DNA of 64,000 bases from a virus (IMGVR_UViG_2565956658_000004:39937-103936); one strand, 5' to 3'; shown: positions 49,298 through 59,302, counted from the stretch's first letter. Made by a program: numbers and translations. Notes: generated from the sequence alone by a model not told the origin.

Positions 49298-49456
49298 ATG
49301 AAAAAAGAAGACTTCATCTTGACTGTTGTATTTGTTTTTGTTGTGACCTTTGGTTACTTCGGTTGGTACATGGCGGAGCTAGATAACGAGTTACTTCAAC
49401 AAGAACTCACTTCGCTCAAATACACCAGCAGCGAAATTCGAGGGCTAAATAAATGA
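49298..49456 (+). CDS. 52-aa membrane peptide
   Basis: MKKEDFILTVVFVFVVTFGYFGWY...; ATGA overlap with the next gene. Confidence 0.55.
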   Translation: MKKEDFILTVVFVFVVTFGYFGWYMAELDNELLQQELTSLKYTSSEIRGLNK

Positions 49457-49743
49457 GCACAGTTAAATCAGCAGAAAAAGTTCTCAAAGTATTAAAGGCT
49501 TTGCGAGGACACAGCTTACAAGGTGTATCAAATCAAGATCTTGCAAAACAACTGAATGAATCTCCAGCCCAAATTCACCGCCAATTACAGACCCTTATTT
49601 CCGAAGGCTTAGCGAAACAGGAAGAAGACGGTTCATTCACTTTGGGGACAGCTGTAGTGCAAATCGCAAAAGCACACGATACAGAAATGGAGCGCGCCAA
49701 AGCACGCATAGCAGAAATCGAACAACGCACTCGTGTGTATTGA
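49453..49743 (+). CDS. IclR-type HTH protein
   Basis: KVL.VLKAL.GHSL.GVSN..LA..L. Confidence 0.8.
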   Translation: MSTVKSAEKVLKVLKALRGHSLQGVSNQDLAKQLNESPAQIHRQLQTLISEGLAKQEEDGSFTLGTAVVQIAKAHDTEMERAKARIAEIEQRTRVY

Positions 49744-49750
49744 GGTCTTC

Positions 49751-50671
49751 ATGGATTTTGAACAAGAAACTACAGAAGTCATTACCTCTGATTACGCAAA
49801 GAAGATTGGTGGCTTAGCAGCCCAGTTAGGCTATGAAGGTGCTTTAACAGTTGGTGCGCTTGAAGATGAAATTCGCTTCTACCAACAACGCTCAGTTGAA
49901 GCTGTATTGGAGCTTGGTAAACGTCTTTTGATCTTGAAAGAGATCACTCCACACGGAGAGTTCACCAAACGTATTGACATGCTCGGTATAAGCAAACGTA
50001 CAGCGCAACGTTTTATGTCTGTTGTACTTAAATTTTCAAAAACGACAACGTTGTCGCTTTTGGAAAAATCAGGTAGTGGTTCAAAGCTTCTTGAATTAAT
50101 GGTTTTAGATGACGATGATATTGATGTCATTGATCAAGGTGGCAGCATTGGCGATGTATCACTAGATACGATTGAAACCATGTCTGTACGCGAGCTTAAA
50201 AAAGCGTTACGTGATGCAAAATCTGATATTGAAGCTAAAGAACAGGTCATTAAAACTAAAGATCAAAAAGCAAACGAACTGCTTGAAGAAAACACCAAGC
50301 TTAAAAGCCCAGTACAAATTAAAAAACGTGCTGAGACTGAGCAGCAACAACTTGCTAAGAAAGCTTTAGAAGAAATTAGTGCTGCATGCTTAAAGATGCA
50401 TAACGACACGGTACGTTTCACCAATGAAATTAACTCTGTTATCGATGCAATTGAAGAAAACGGTTTGTATCACATTCAAGAACAACTTGAAGCAAACGTG
50501 ATTGCAGCCTTTCAGCAAATCGCACAAACAAGTGTAGCACTTGGAATTCAGATTGATTTTGAAGCAATGGTTTCACCTAGCTGGATGGCTGATGACTCGA
50601 ACAAAGACGGAATGGGTGTTGAAGAGCTTCAGCAACTTCAGCACAACGTCGAAACATTGTTGGAGTCTTAA
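49751..50671 (+). CDS. DUF3102-domain protein
   Basis: ELGKRLL.LKE..PHGEF......GI..R.AQRFM. Confidence 0.85.
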   Translation: MDFEQETTEVITSDYAKKIGGLAAQLGYEGALTVGALEDEIRFYQQRSVEAVLELGKRLLILKEITPHGEFTKRIDMLGISKRTAQRFMSVVLKFSKTTTLSLLEKSGSGSKLLELMVLDDDDIDVIDQGGSIGDVSLDTIETMSVRELKKALRDAKSDIEAKEQVIKTKDQKANELLEENTKLKSPVQIKKRAETEQQQLAKKALEEISAACLKMHNDTVRFTNEINSVIDAIEENGLYHIQEQLEANVIAAFQQIAQTSVALGIQIDFEAMVSPSWMADDSNKDGMGVEELQQLQHNVETLLES

Positions 50672-50673
50672 TC

Positions 50674-52413
50674 ATGGCGACTCCAAACTTAGCGAAACAA
50701 GACTACTTACGTGATATTGCAGCCAAACTTACTGCTGCTAAGTTTGGTGGCAAAGCTGACATTATCAAAACTGCATGTGACACATTAAATATCAGTCGCC
50801 CACAGCTTTATCGTGAACTTGAGACAGTCGGCTTCAAGTCAGAACGTAAACAACGTTCAGACAAAGGCAAAACGGTTGTTCCAATTGAAGTTGCGGAAAT
50901 GGTTGGCGGAATGGTGCATGTGGCAACACGTGCAAATGGTAAAAAGACTTTACCAGTAACCACTGCACTAGAAATTTTAGTTGCAGATGGTAAAGCGCCT
51001 AATGTTAGCGCTGCAACGATTGCACGTGTGATGAAGCAAAATATGTGTCATCCAAAGCAATTAGCAACACCAACAGCTCACACACAACAAAAGTCTTTGC
51101 ACCCAAATCATGTATGGCAAGTTGATGCTTCAGTCTGTGTTCTGTTTTACCTCCCTCGCGGTGGTATGCAAGTCATGGACGAGAAAAAGTTCTACAAGAA
51201 CAAACCATCAAACGTAAAGAAAATTGAGAATGACCGTGTTATTCGATACGTCATCACAGATCACTTTAGCGGTTCAATTTATATCGAGTATGTCTACGGT
51301 AGTGAAAGTGCGGAAAACCTCACTGAAATTTTCTTAAATTGCATTCAGAAACGTTCAGTACAAGAGCCGATGCATGGTGTGCCATTTATCCTCTATACCG
51401 ACAAAGGCTGTTCCAATACATCAGGACTATTCAAGAATTTACTTGAGCGCCTAGACGTTACTTTTATTCCTCATGCGACAGGAAATTCGCGCGCAAAAGG
51501 TCAAGTCGAAAACGGCAATAACATTGTTGAGACTCAATTTGAAGGACGTTTACGTTTTATCAAAATTGAGAGCTTAGAGCAGCTTAATGCGACTGCTGCG
51601 AAGTGGCGCATGATGTGGAATGAAACCAAAACCCATAGCCGTACTAAACGTACTCGTAATGCAGTTTGGCAAACCATTTCTAACCAACAATTACGCATTG
51701 CTCCAGCACTTGAACTTTGCAAAGAGCTTCTAACTACAACACCTGTTGAACGTACCGTAACAGGTAATTTGACCATTCCATACGCAATCAAAGGCTATGG
51801 ATCACACGACTACGATGTGCGCCATGTTGATGGCGTTTACCCAAAAGCCAAGCTTCAAGTTGTGGTAAATCCATACCGTGCACCTTGTATTGATGTACTC
51901 ACAATTAATCAACATGGTGAAGAAATCGCATACACATGCGAACCGATGCAAACTGATTGGGTTGGCTTCAGAAATGATGCAACGGTTATTGGTGAAACAC
52001 CAGCAGCAATGCCTCAAAGCAACATCGATGCAAAACGCAAAAGCATTCTCAAAAATGCTTATAACGCTGACACGCTGGAGCAAGTTGATAAGGCAATTGC
52101 TAAGAAAGAAGTTGCCTATAAAGAACTCAACGCGATGGCTGATGTCGATGCAACCGAAGTTCCTACTTACATCAAACGTGCTGGCGAGCAAATGACGACT
52201 CAACAACAACGTCGCCAAGTTGCACCAGTCAATTTGATCCAAGCTGCGAAGCAGATTCGCGGCATGGTTGGTGATCTGTGGACACCTGAACATTACAAAG
52301 CACTTCAGCAGTCATTCCCGAATGGTGAAGTTCCACAAGAAGTAATTCCAGACATTATTGAGGGCATCAAAGCCCAATCCGAAAAACCTAAATTACGTGT
52401 GGTTGGAGAGTAA
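50674..52413 (+). CDS. DDE transposase (MuA-like)
   Basis: RK.RSDKG, HPNHVWQVDAS, GVP..LY.D.G, RAKGQVE. Confidence 0.95.
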   Translation: MATPNLAKQDYLRDIAAKLTAAKFGGKADIIKTACDTLNISRPQLYRELETVGFKSERKQRSDKGKTVVPIEVAEMVGGMVHVATRANGKKTLPVTTALEILVADGKAPNVSAATIARVMKQNMCHPKQLATPTAHTQQKSLHPNHVWQVDASVCVLFYLPRGGMQVMDEKKFYKNKPSNVKKIENDRVIRYVITDHFSGSIYIEYVYGSESAENLTEIFLNCIQKRSVQEPMHGVPFILYTDKGCSNTSGLFKNLLERLDVTFIPHATGNSRAKGQVENGNNIVETQFEGRLRFIKIESLEQLNATAAKWRMMWNETKTHSRTKRTRNAVWQTISNQQLRIAPALELCKELLTTTPVERTVTGNLTIPYAIKGYGSHDYDVRHVDGVYPKAKLQVVVNPYRAPCIDVLTINQHGEEIAYTCEPMQTDWVGFRNDATVIGETPAAMPQSNIDAKRKSILKNAYNADTLEQVDKAIAKKEVAYKELNAMADVDATEVPTYIKRAGEQMTTQQQRRQVAPVNLIQAAKQIRGMVGDLWTPEHYKALQQSFPNGEVPQEVIPDIIEGIKAQSEKPKLRVVGE

Positions 52414-52415
52414 TT

Positions 52416-53609
52416 ATGAGCACATTAAAACAGCTACTTAAACAAAACGGCATTGCTCAAAGCTCACTCTGCAAACCACTTGGAGTAAGCACAGCAACAG
52501 TCAATCTTTTTGTAAATCATGGTCAACGACCAAAAAAGAACCTTGAGCAATTCCAGTCTCTATTTACTGAGATTTTGGAAGCAAAAGGAATTGCAGCAGA
52601 TCAAATTCAACAAGCATTAAAGACTGCATCTAACACTGAAAACGACCTGAGCAGTGCCAGCTGCGCAAGAGCACCGTTAGATGCAGCCACCCCACTTGAG
52701 GAGCAGCTTATGCTACTACGCAAACAAACCCTAACACCAGCAGCAAAGAAAAATTTCAAGCTGTTTAAAAATATCTTCACGGAAAATATTCGTAGCTCTA
52801 GTGAGTTGTTCAACAATGGCGACATCAACTATGTGCGTGAGTCAATGTGGCAAGCGGCAAAAGGAAACTCTTCCTTTATCGCTGTAGTAGGTCAATCAGG
52901 TGCTGGAAAAACCACACTACGTCGTGAACTTATTGATCGTATAGAACGTGAGCGCGAACCAGTTGTTGTAATTGAACCGTATGTCTTGGCGACTGAAGAC
53001 AACGACATCAAAGGTAAAACCCTCAAAGCATCACACATTGCTGAAGCGATCTTGGCAGCACTTGCACCGAGCACCAATGCAAAACGTTCACCAGAGGCGC
53101 GTTTTCGCCAAATCCACAACTTGCTGAAAGAAAGCAGCCGTGCTGGGCATCATCACTTATTGATTATTGAGGAAGCTCACAGCCTACCAATTCCAACACT
53201 CAAGCACCTTAAACGATTCATTGAACTTGAGAACGGTTTTACACCTTTACTCAGCATCATTTTGATCGGTCAAGATGAACTAAAAATCAAGCTTGCGGAA
53301 AACAATCAGGAAGTACGTGAGGTTGTTCAACGCTGTGAAATCGTCACGCTTGAACCATTCACCCAAACCACATTAGTTGACTATTTAAAGCATCGTTGCA
53401 AAGCAGCAGATCGCAATCTTAGTGACTTTATTGACGAGTCAGGACTCGATGCAATCTCTACAAAATTGACACGTAACGTTGGACGCAAGAACCAACACGA
53501 AAGCCTTTTATATCCACTTGCAGTCGGCAACCTCATCACAGGTGCAATGAACGTTGCTGCCGATCTTGGTGTCCCAGTCGTGACTGGCGACCTAGTGATG
53601 GAGGTCTAA
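52416..53609 (+). CDS. Transposition ATPase (MuB/ExeA-like) with N-terminal HTH
   Basis: Walker A GQSGAGKT, Walker B LIIEEAH. Confidence 0.93.
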   Translation: MSTLKQLLKQNGIAQSSLCKPLGVSTATVNLFVNHGQRPKKNLEQFQSLFTEILEAKGIAADQIQQALKTASNTENDLSSASCARAPLDAATPLEEQLMLLRKQTLTPAAKKNFKLFKNIFTENIRSSSELFNNGDINYVRESMWQAAKGNSSFIAVVGQSGAGKTTLRRELIDRIEREREPVVVIEPYVLATEDNDIKGKTLKASHIAEAILAALAPSTNAKRSPEARFRQIHNLLKESSRAGHHHLLIIEEAHSLPIPTLKHLKRFIELENGFTPLLSIILIGQDELKIKLAENNQEVREVVQRCEIVTLEPFTQTTLVDYLKHRCKAADRNLSDFIDESGLDAISTKLTRNVGRKNQHESLLYPLAVGNLITGAMNVAADLGVPVVTGDLVMEV

Positions 53610-53611
53610 AT

Positions 53612-53824
53612 ATGGCTGATTTTGCAGATGTAGCAGCAGACATTGCTCAAACCGATCTTGATCACACTTTACAGAACGCTCGGCGCATTGAATTTCCAAG
53701 CTATTTCGAGTGTGAAGAATGCGGTGCGGAAATTCCTGAGCAACGACGCAGACTCGGCAGCGTGACTTTATGCATCGGTTGCCAAACTGTTTTTGAAGCT
53801 AAGCAAAAGCACATACGAGGATAA
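53612..53824 (+). CDS. TraR/DksA C4 zinc-finger protein
   Basis: MADFAD.A, CEECG.EIP..RR......CI.CQ. Confidence 0.92.
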   Translation: MADFADVAADIAQTDLDHTLQNARRIEFPSYFECEECGAEIPEQRRRLGSVTLCIGCQTVFEAKQKHIRG

Positions 53825-53923
53825 CTCCATGCGCCTTAAATTTGATGAAAAACATATCGGCTGGGCAATTATGGCTGTTCTCTTCATTGCCTCAATTCTT
53901 GCAATTTTTCGGGAGCTAATGTC

Positions 53924-54124
53924 ATGAAAAATAACAAGCAACTAAACAATAAACGTGCTCAGTTCACCAAGGATTTAGACAAGCTTATTAGCGGTGATTA
54001 TGTGCTTGTGCCTAAACAGCCTACCGATGAAATGGAGCGAGCTGGTATAGCAGCTGGTGCTGGTTTTCTTGCAATCAAGATATTCAAAAAAATGGTTGAA
54101 GCTGCACAAGAGGCATCGATATGA
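53924..54124 (+). CDS. Hypothetical protein
   Basis: YVLVPK.PT.EM phage motif. Confidence 0.65.
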   Translation: MKNNKQLNNKRAQFTKDLDKLISGDYVLVPKQPTDEMERAGIAAGAGFLAIKIFKKMVEAAQEASI

Positions 54125-54822
54125 AAACTAGATGCCCAGCTTGCGGTGCAACATGCAGTCTTGATGCATTACTTGGTCATGGTGATGCAAGCCAAGCATT
54201 TGTTGCTTCACTTAATTTGACAGGCGACTTGGCAAAACCGCTTGTGAAGTACTTGGCATTGTTCCGCTCCGAAAGCCGTGACTTAACTTTTGAACGTACA
54301 GCTAAATTGCTTAGTGAAATTACGCCTGACATTTTAGCTAAACAAATCAAACGAGGTCATCACTCATATCCTGCGCCAATGGGCGCATGGGTTTGGGCGA
54401 TCAATACCATTCTTGAGCGTCGTGACCAAGGCAAACTGCAATTGCCATTCAAAAATCATGGCTATCTGTATGAGGTCATCACTTCATATAAGCCTGAATA
54501 TGCGCCAGTGCAAGAAGCAAAACTACGACCATCACATGCAGCTTCTCAAGCTGCTCGTGCCAAAACAGATGCTGAACGTGCAATCGATCAGGCTGAACAT
54601 GAGCGCCAAAAGCATGAACGTCCAGCAGTCCCATTTTCAGAATTACTTAAAAAAGCCAATGAAGAGCGCAAAGCTATAGAGCAAAGCACTCTTAATGGCA
54701 TTCCACAAGAACAACTTTTCGCATACGTCGCAAAGAACAAGCGTGATGGTGAATCCCACAAACAATGCTTTGACCGTTTAAAAACAGCGGAATTAGAGCA
54801 AGAACAAGGAGCAACACAATGA
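54121..54822 (+). CDS. Conserved Mu-like-phage early protein
   Basis: CPACGA..SLD.L, YL.LFR, LP.KNHGYL.EV. Confidence 0.75.
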   Translation: MKTRCPACGATCSLDALLGHGDASQAFVASLNLTGDLAKPLVKYLALFRSESRDLTFERTAKLLSEITPDILAKQIKRGHHSYPAPMGAWVWAINTILERRDQGKLQLPFKNHGYLYEVITSYKPEYAPVQEAKLRPSHAASQAARAKTDAERAIDQAEHERQKHERPAVPFSELLKKANEERKAIEQSTLNGIPQEQLFAYVAKNKRDGESHKQCFDRLKTAELEQEQGATQ

Positions 54823-55436
54823 CTATTAATACTATTCCAGAAGGCTATTGGGAGAATGCATCAGGCTCTTTAGTACCTGAAGCAAATGTCAAAGCGATTG
54901 ACAAATTACGTGATCAAACTGTTCGTCAGCTTCATGAAAAAGCAAAAGAAATCCACGAGCTTTTAAAAAAATTCAAAGTGGATGGCTTTGCTGATATTGC
55001 CAGCTTTATCCAAATTTCAACCGATCAATATGGTGCAAAAGTTGGTGGCACAAAAGGCAATGTTTCTCTCATGAGCTTTGATGGACGCTTAAAAATTCAA
55101 CGCAATATTGCAGAAACCATCAATTTTGATGAACGCCTGCAAGCAGCTAAACAACTCATTGATGAATGCCTTGAAGAATGGACTGAAGGCAGCCGTGATG
55201 AGATCAAAGTCATTATCAATGCCGCATTTAATGTGGACAAAAAAGGAGAAATCAGCACAGCAAAAGTACTTGGTTTAAAACGACACGACATCGATCACCC
55301 GAAATGGCAGCAAGCCATGCAAGCGATCTCGGACAGCATCAACATTATCGGCAGCAAAGCTTACCTACGTTTTTACACTCGCGATGACTCAACAGGTGGC
55401 TACTTGCCACTTTCACTCGACATTGCATCTATTTAA
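54819..55436 (+). CDS. DUF3164-family protein
   Basis: GG.KGNV.L.SFDG, FDERLQAAK.LIDEC. Confidence 0.9.
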   Translation: MTINTIPEGYWENASGSLVPEANVKAIDKLRDQTVRQLHEKAKEIHELLKKFKVDGFADIASFIQISTDQYGAKVGGTKGNVSLMSFDGRLKIQRNIAETINFDERLQAAKQLIDECLEEWTEGSRDEIKVIINAAFNVDKKGEISTAKVLGLKRHDIDHPKWQQAMQAISDSINIIGSKAYLRFYTRDDSTGGYLPLSLDIASI

Positions 55437-55454
55437 TTACAGGAATTTTTAAAC

Positions 55455-55727
55455 ATGAATAAGTCAGAACTAATTAAACACATTGCTTCTCAAGCTGGTC
55501 TTACACAATCACAAGCAACAGCTGCTCTTCAGGCAGTTGAAACGGGTGTGATTGAAACACTTACCAATGGTGGTGAAGTCACTTTAGTCGGCTTCGGCAC
55601 TTTCAAAGTGACTGATCGTGCAGCTCGGACAGGTCGCAACCCAAAAACTGGTGAAGAACTGCAAATTGCAGCTTCAAAAGTACCAACTTTCAAAGCTGGT
55701 AAAGCATTCAAAGAGGCATTGAATTAA
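55455..55727 (+). CDS. HU-family DNA-binding protein
   Basis: MNKSELI, GFGTF.V..RAARTGRNP.TG. Confidence 0.97.
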   Translation: MNKSELIKHIASQAGLTQSQATAALQAVETGVIETLTNGGEVTLVGFGTFKVTDRAARTGRNPKTGEELQIAASKVPTFKAGKAFKEALN

Positions 55728-55909
55728 TGACAACAAAAGTCAATCACTTGGACGAATCACTTGAAAAGAAAGGTTTGAGATTAGTCAGAAAATTCAACAT
55801 CTGCGGATATTTCGAGTACCACGTAGTGAACTTAGCTAACCAAACAATTGCTAAAGACACCGTTGCTCATCATGCAATTAACCGAGCGATAAATACGCTC
55901 CAAGCTTAA
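55727..55909 (+). CDS. Hypothetical protein
   Basis: Translationally coupled ORF in the early operon. Confidence 0.5.
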   Translation: MTTKVNHLDESLEKKGLRLVRKFNICGYFEYHVVNLANQTIAKDTVAHHAINRAINTLQA

Positions 55910-55938
55910 ACGAAACATATATCGAAGGTACTTAAAAG

Positions 55939-56238
55939 ATGGAAAACCAACATACACAAATCAGAGGCTATCGTGATCTTTCCAAAGAAGAAATTGATTT
56001 GATGAATGAAATCAAAGCTAAAGGTGCAGAATTGGGTGCTTTAGTTGAAAAGTTATTTGATCACACACGTCAACAAATTGATGCGGCTAATGCACACGGT
56101 ACTCAAACAGGAGATTTCTCTGAGTTTCAGCGTTTAACAGATGCTGAACCGCATCACTGGGTAGCAACTGGCGCTACCAATTTACAGCAAGGCTTGATGG
56201 CTTTAACACGTGCAGTTGCTCAACCAACAACATTCTAG
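55939..56238 (+). CDS. acb2: Anti-CBASS sponge protein Acb2
   Basis: MENQH..I.GYRDLS.EEIDLMNEIK and AEP..W...G.T.LQ.G.MAL.RAVAQP..F match the Acb2 family pattern. Confidence 0.9.
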   Translation: MENQHTQIRGYRDLSKEEIDLMNEIKAKGAELGALVEKLFDHTRQQIDAANAHGTQTGDFSEFQRLTDAEPHHWVATGATNLQQGLMALTRAVAQPTTF

Positions 56239-56309
56239 GCGAAACACAGGCATTCATGCCTGTGTCTACTGGATGTCGTGATCCAGTACTGACGAGCAGC
56301 GAGGATTTT

Positions 56310-56561
56310 ATGAGTAATGATGCAGAGCTTTTAATTGATGGAGACCGTGACCATGTGTACTTGATTATGGACGGTAAAGAATATCCTGAACTTAACGATG
56401 ATGATCTCATTCCTGAACGTGGGTATGTTCTCGATACGTTTGACGATATCTCAACTATGGAAGGTATTAACGGTTTATTAGTGGGCGTGAAATATAGCAC
56501 TGTGAAAAGTTTTAAAACAGTTAGGAAAGTTTTTAGCGCAATTCCAACAGGAGCAAAATGA
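56310..56561 (+). CDS. Hypothetical acidic protein
   Basis: RBS GAGG then ATG. Confidence 0.55.
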   Translation: MSNDAELLIDGDRDHVYLIMDGKEYPELNDDDLIPERGYVLDTFDDISTMEGINGLLVGVKYSTVKSFKTVRKVFSAIPTGAK

Positions 56562-56739
56562 TGATCAGCATTGAAGATCTAGTAAATTTACCTGAAGAAA
56601 TTAAGACCAGCATTGGTGAAATTCCATGAAAGAAAGACCAATCAGCCGACGCAGAAAACGCAAGTTAAGCAAAAAAGGTAAATGCGTTTACTGGTCAAAA
56701 CATCTTGAAAGCTACGTATATGTTATGGAGCAAAAATAA

Positions 56740-57453
56740 ATGAGTATGAATCGTGAAGAAGCAATTCTTAAAATAAAAAAATGTTTAGCTCTAGCTAAAT
56801 CAGCAAATGAAAATGAAGCTGCTATTGCACTACGCCAAGCTCAGTCTTTAATGCGTGAATTTCAAATCGATCCTGATCTGCTAGATATTGTTGAGGCTAG
56901 TTGTGAAAGTAAAGCAACTAAGATTCCGCAAGCTTGGGAGGCAAGTTTGGTTTTGACAATTGCGAGAGCTATGCAATGTAAACCAATTTTTAGCTCTGGC
57001 AGCAGTACTTGGGGCATCAAAGCATCATGGACATTTATAGGTGTTGATCCAGCACCAGAAGTTGCCTCTTATACATTTGATGTCTTATATCGTCAGATTA
57101 CACGTTCAAGAAAAAGCTTTATTGAAACAGCCTTAAAACGTGTCACTGTCAAAAAAAATAAGGTGGCTCGTGCTGATTTATTTTGTGAAGGCTGGGTGGA
57201 TTCTGTCAAGCGCTTAATAAAAGACTTAAATATTGAAGTACCAGCAAATACCAGTCAGCGCATAGAAAAACATATGGATCAGTCTCGCGGAAAACTGGAT
57301 TCATTTACACCAAAAGACCGAAACAAAGGTAAAGCATTTAATGACCGTGCTGCCAATGACTATCATGCTGGCAAACTGTCAGGAAAATCAGCACAACTTA
57401 ATCAAGCCATGAATGGTGGTAAACAATTCGAAAAATTAGGAGCTGGCTCATGA
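56740..57453 (+). CDS. DUF2786-domain protein
   Basis: KIKKCLALA.S.NE.EAA.AL..AQ.LM. Confidence 0.88.
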   Translation: MSMNREEAILKIKKCLALAKSANENEAAIALRQAQSLMREFQIDPDLLDIVEASCESKATKIPQAWEASLVLTIARAMQCKPIFSSGSSTWGIKASWTFIGVDPAPEVASYTFDVLYRQITRSRKSFIETALKRVTVKKNKVARADLFCEGWVDSVKRLIKDLNIEVPANTSQRIEKHMDQSRGKLDSFTPKDRNKGKAFNDRAANDYHAGKLSGKSAQLNQAMNGGKQFEKLGAGS

Positions 57454-57650
57454 TTTTAGCTTTCTTTGCTGTGTTTCTACTTGGTTTATACCACTGCTTT
57501 AATGAAGCGAAGCTTGCTTGGATCACACGTAACAGCACAGGTTTAACTGTGTTTGAGCGTCGTTCATATATTTTAAAAGCAGGCTCATCAATATCACTGG
57601 CAGTACTTGCATTAATTGGTCTATTTGATGCTGCTAAGGGAGTGTTTTGA
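57450..57650 (+). CDS. Small membrane protein
   Basis: Two hydrophobic segments; ATGA overlaps. Confidence 0.55.
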   Translation: MILAFFAVFLLGLYHCFNEAKLAWITRNSTGLTVFERRSYILKAGSSISLAVLALIGLFDAAKGVF

Positions 57651-58099
57651 TCATGCCGAAATTTAATAAAAAACTAAATTTGATCAAACTTATTCATGTA
57701 GCTAAAACAAAACTTGGTCTTGATGATGAAGTCTATCGTGACATTCTCCAAAGTACGACTGGCAAAGATAGCTCTAAACTTTTAACACCAGCACAACTTG
57801 AAGCTGTGTTAGATCGACTCAAGCAACTTGGCTTTGCCGTTGAATCAAAAGAAAAGACTGATGTTAAAAACTTAGCTAGTGATGTACAGAGTAAATTGAT
57901 TCGTCATTTGTGGCTTCAACTATACGAAGCTGGTCAAGTCAAAAACGGCAGTGAAAAAGCGCTGGCTAAATTCATTGAGAATCGTGTGAAAGTAAGTGCC
58001 TTACAATTTTTAAGCACTGAAAGCGCAGACATGGTGATCAACCATTTACGTCAATGGTGTAAGCGCTGCAACATTGAACGCATTACTGTGGAAGCATAG
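57647..58099 (+). CDS. gemA: GemA (Mu gp16/DUF1018) family protein
   Basis: IKLIHVAK..LGLD.E.YR..L...TGK.S, KLIR.LW. Confidence 0.9.
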   Translation: MIMPKFNKKLNLIKLIHVAKTKLGLDDEVYRDILQSTTGKDSSKLLTPAQLEAVLDRLKQLGFAVESKEKTDVKNLASDVQSKLIRHLWLQLYEAGQVKNGSEKALAKFIENRVKVSALQFLSTESADMVINHLRQWCKRCNIERITVEA

Positions 58100-58109
58100 G
58101 AGGTATATT

Positions 58110-58559
58110 ATGGCTTATCGTCCTCACATTACTGATGCACAGCAAGTTTTCACAGACGATGAGATCATTAACTTGATGCCTAAAAACTTTATCTTCATTG
58201 CACGCTTGATTAAGGTCGAAAATGCACTGAATTTAATTGATGCCTTTGGTGGTACTAAAGTCTTCATTCCAAAGCGTCAAGCATTAAACGTCCATTCTGA
58301 GCTTGCACAAGTGATAGGCTTGAACAGACTCCAAATGCTTGCAGATCAGCTTGGAAATGAAACCATCGAAGTACCAATGGGAACGCCTATAACCGTTGCT
58401 ATGCGAAACAGAGCGATCCGCGAACAAGCACCAACGATGTCAAAAGAAAAGCTCGCTCGTAAATTCAGCGTGACACTGCGTACAATTCGCAGTATTGTAA
58501 ACTCTGAAGAGAAGCTAAATGTTCATGAAGACCCCAATCTTGACTTATTCAGTGAATAA
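58110..58559 (+). CDS. Mor/C-family transcription activator
   Basis: FGG..V.IP, RN..IR, LARKF..T.R.IR.I. Confidence 0.85.
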   Translation: MAYRPHITDAQQVFTDDEIINLMPKNFIFIARLIKVENALNLIDAFGGTKVFIPKRQALNVHSELAQVIGLNRLQMLADQLGNETIEVPMGTPITVAMRNRAIREQAPTMSKEKLARKFSVTLRTIRSIVNSEEKLNVHEDPNLDLFSE

Positions 58560-58619
58560 AAAAAGCGGACTAATAATCCGCTTTCTAATTTCACAGAATG
58601 AAAAACATTTTCAAAAGTC

Positions 58620-58666
58620 ATCCCACTCAATCCCACAATATCCCATCAAATCCCACAATTATCTCG
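58620..58666. repeat. Four ATCCCA units at 10-bp period plus the inverted end motif
   Basis: ATCCCA at 58620, 58630, 58640 and 58650; AATTATCTCG at 58657. Confidence 0.8.
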
Positions 58667-58698
58667 TTACTCTTATATATTTATAATATTAGTAGTCA

Positions 58699-59059
58699 TG
58701 CGTTCCTCAATATATACCTGGTATGCCTCATATAAGGTTGGTTGAGACTTTTCAATATCAAAAATTGATTTAGCATCTGCAATTTTCTTCTTTTTCTTAT
58801 CTATTGGTTTTATACCCATCGTCATATCTAAAAGAGCTTCTTGAGCCAATACTCTTGCTTGAGACAGAGTAATTTGACCATGAATACCTAGAGTAGACCG
58901 AGTAGACCTGCCATTAACCTTTTTTTCAACGATATAAGTTTTATATGATGTATTTACACGCACAGCAAAGCCAATTAACTCACTATCACGATAAATCGCA
59001 GGAATTAATTCGAGTTGATCAATAAATGACTTAGTTAGCTTTACTCTGTTTGCAGACAT
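58699..59059 (-). pseudogene. int: Tyrosine integrase, N-terminal arm-binding domain (interrupted)
   Basis: KLTKS.ID, RD..L.GF.VRV...KTY, TLG.HG.ITL..AR..A. Confidence 0.92.
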
Positions 59060-59114
59060 GAGCTAGAATCCGCTTGTTTCACAACATTTAGCATCATATT
59101 ACAATATTCTTTGC

Positions 59115-59133
59115 GGTCTACTATAGGTCTACT
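59115..59133. promoter_or_regulatory. Putative integrase arm-type sites
   Basis: Direct repeat GGTCTACT at 59115 and 59126; GTCTACTA also at 23303. Confidence 0.55.
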
Positions 59134-59219
59134 CAAGAAAAAACTTGTAATTAAAAATGATTTTCGCTAATATTGGATTCAAGCTGAATTGTAGAGAATA
59201 CAAACAGTTATAAAGTATA

Positions 59220-59296
<77 letters not shown>

Positions 59297-59302
59297 TATA
59301 TC

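Larger units (their letters stand above)
24226..58698. mobile_element. Transposable (Mu/B3/BcepMu-like) contractile-tailed prophage, 34,473 bp
   Basis: TGA...TCA termini; TGCGTT duplicated at 24220-24225 and 58699-58704; DDE transposase, AAA ATPase and Mu-type morphogenesis genes; CGAGATAATT (24236) inverted at 58657. Confidence 0.95.
1..59219. mobile_element. Podovirus-type temperate prophage (right part; left end outside window), interrupted by a transposable prophage at 24226-58698
   Basis: Ejection/large polyvalent genes, holin-lysozyme, arc/antirepressor, SRAP, and a split tyrosine integrase whose start lies about 160 bp from a tRNA gene. Confidence 0.85.

Noticed and set aside
51802-52293. 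163-aa antisense ORF in the transposase, and similar shadow ORFs (9943, 11658, 17403, 32425, 44682)
   Set aside because: Fully overlap well-supported genes on the opposite strand, with no RBS or recognisable motif
58673-58698. C-terminus MTTNIINI of the 128-aa ORF, read as a standalone gene
   Set aside because: It is read-through from the broken integrase into the phage end
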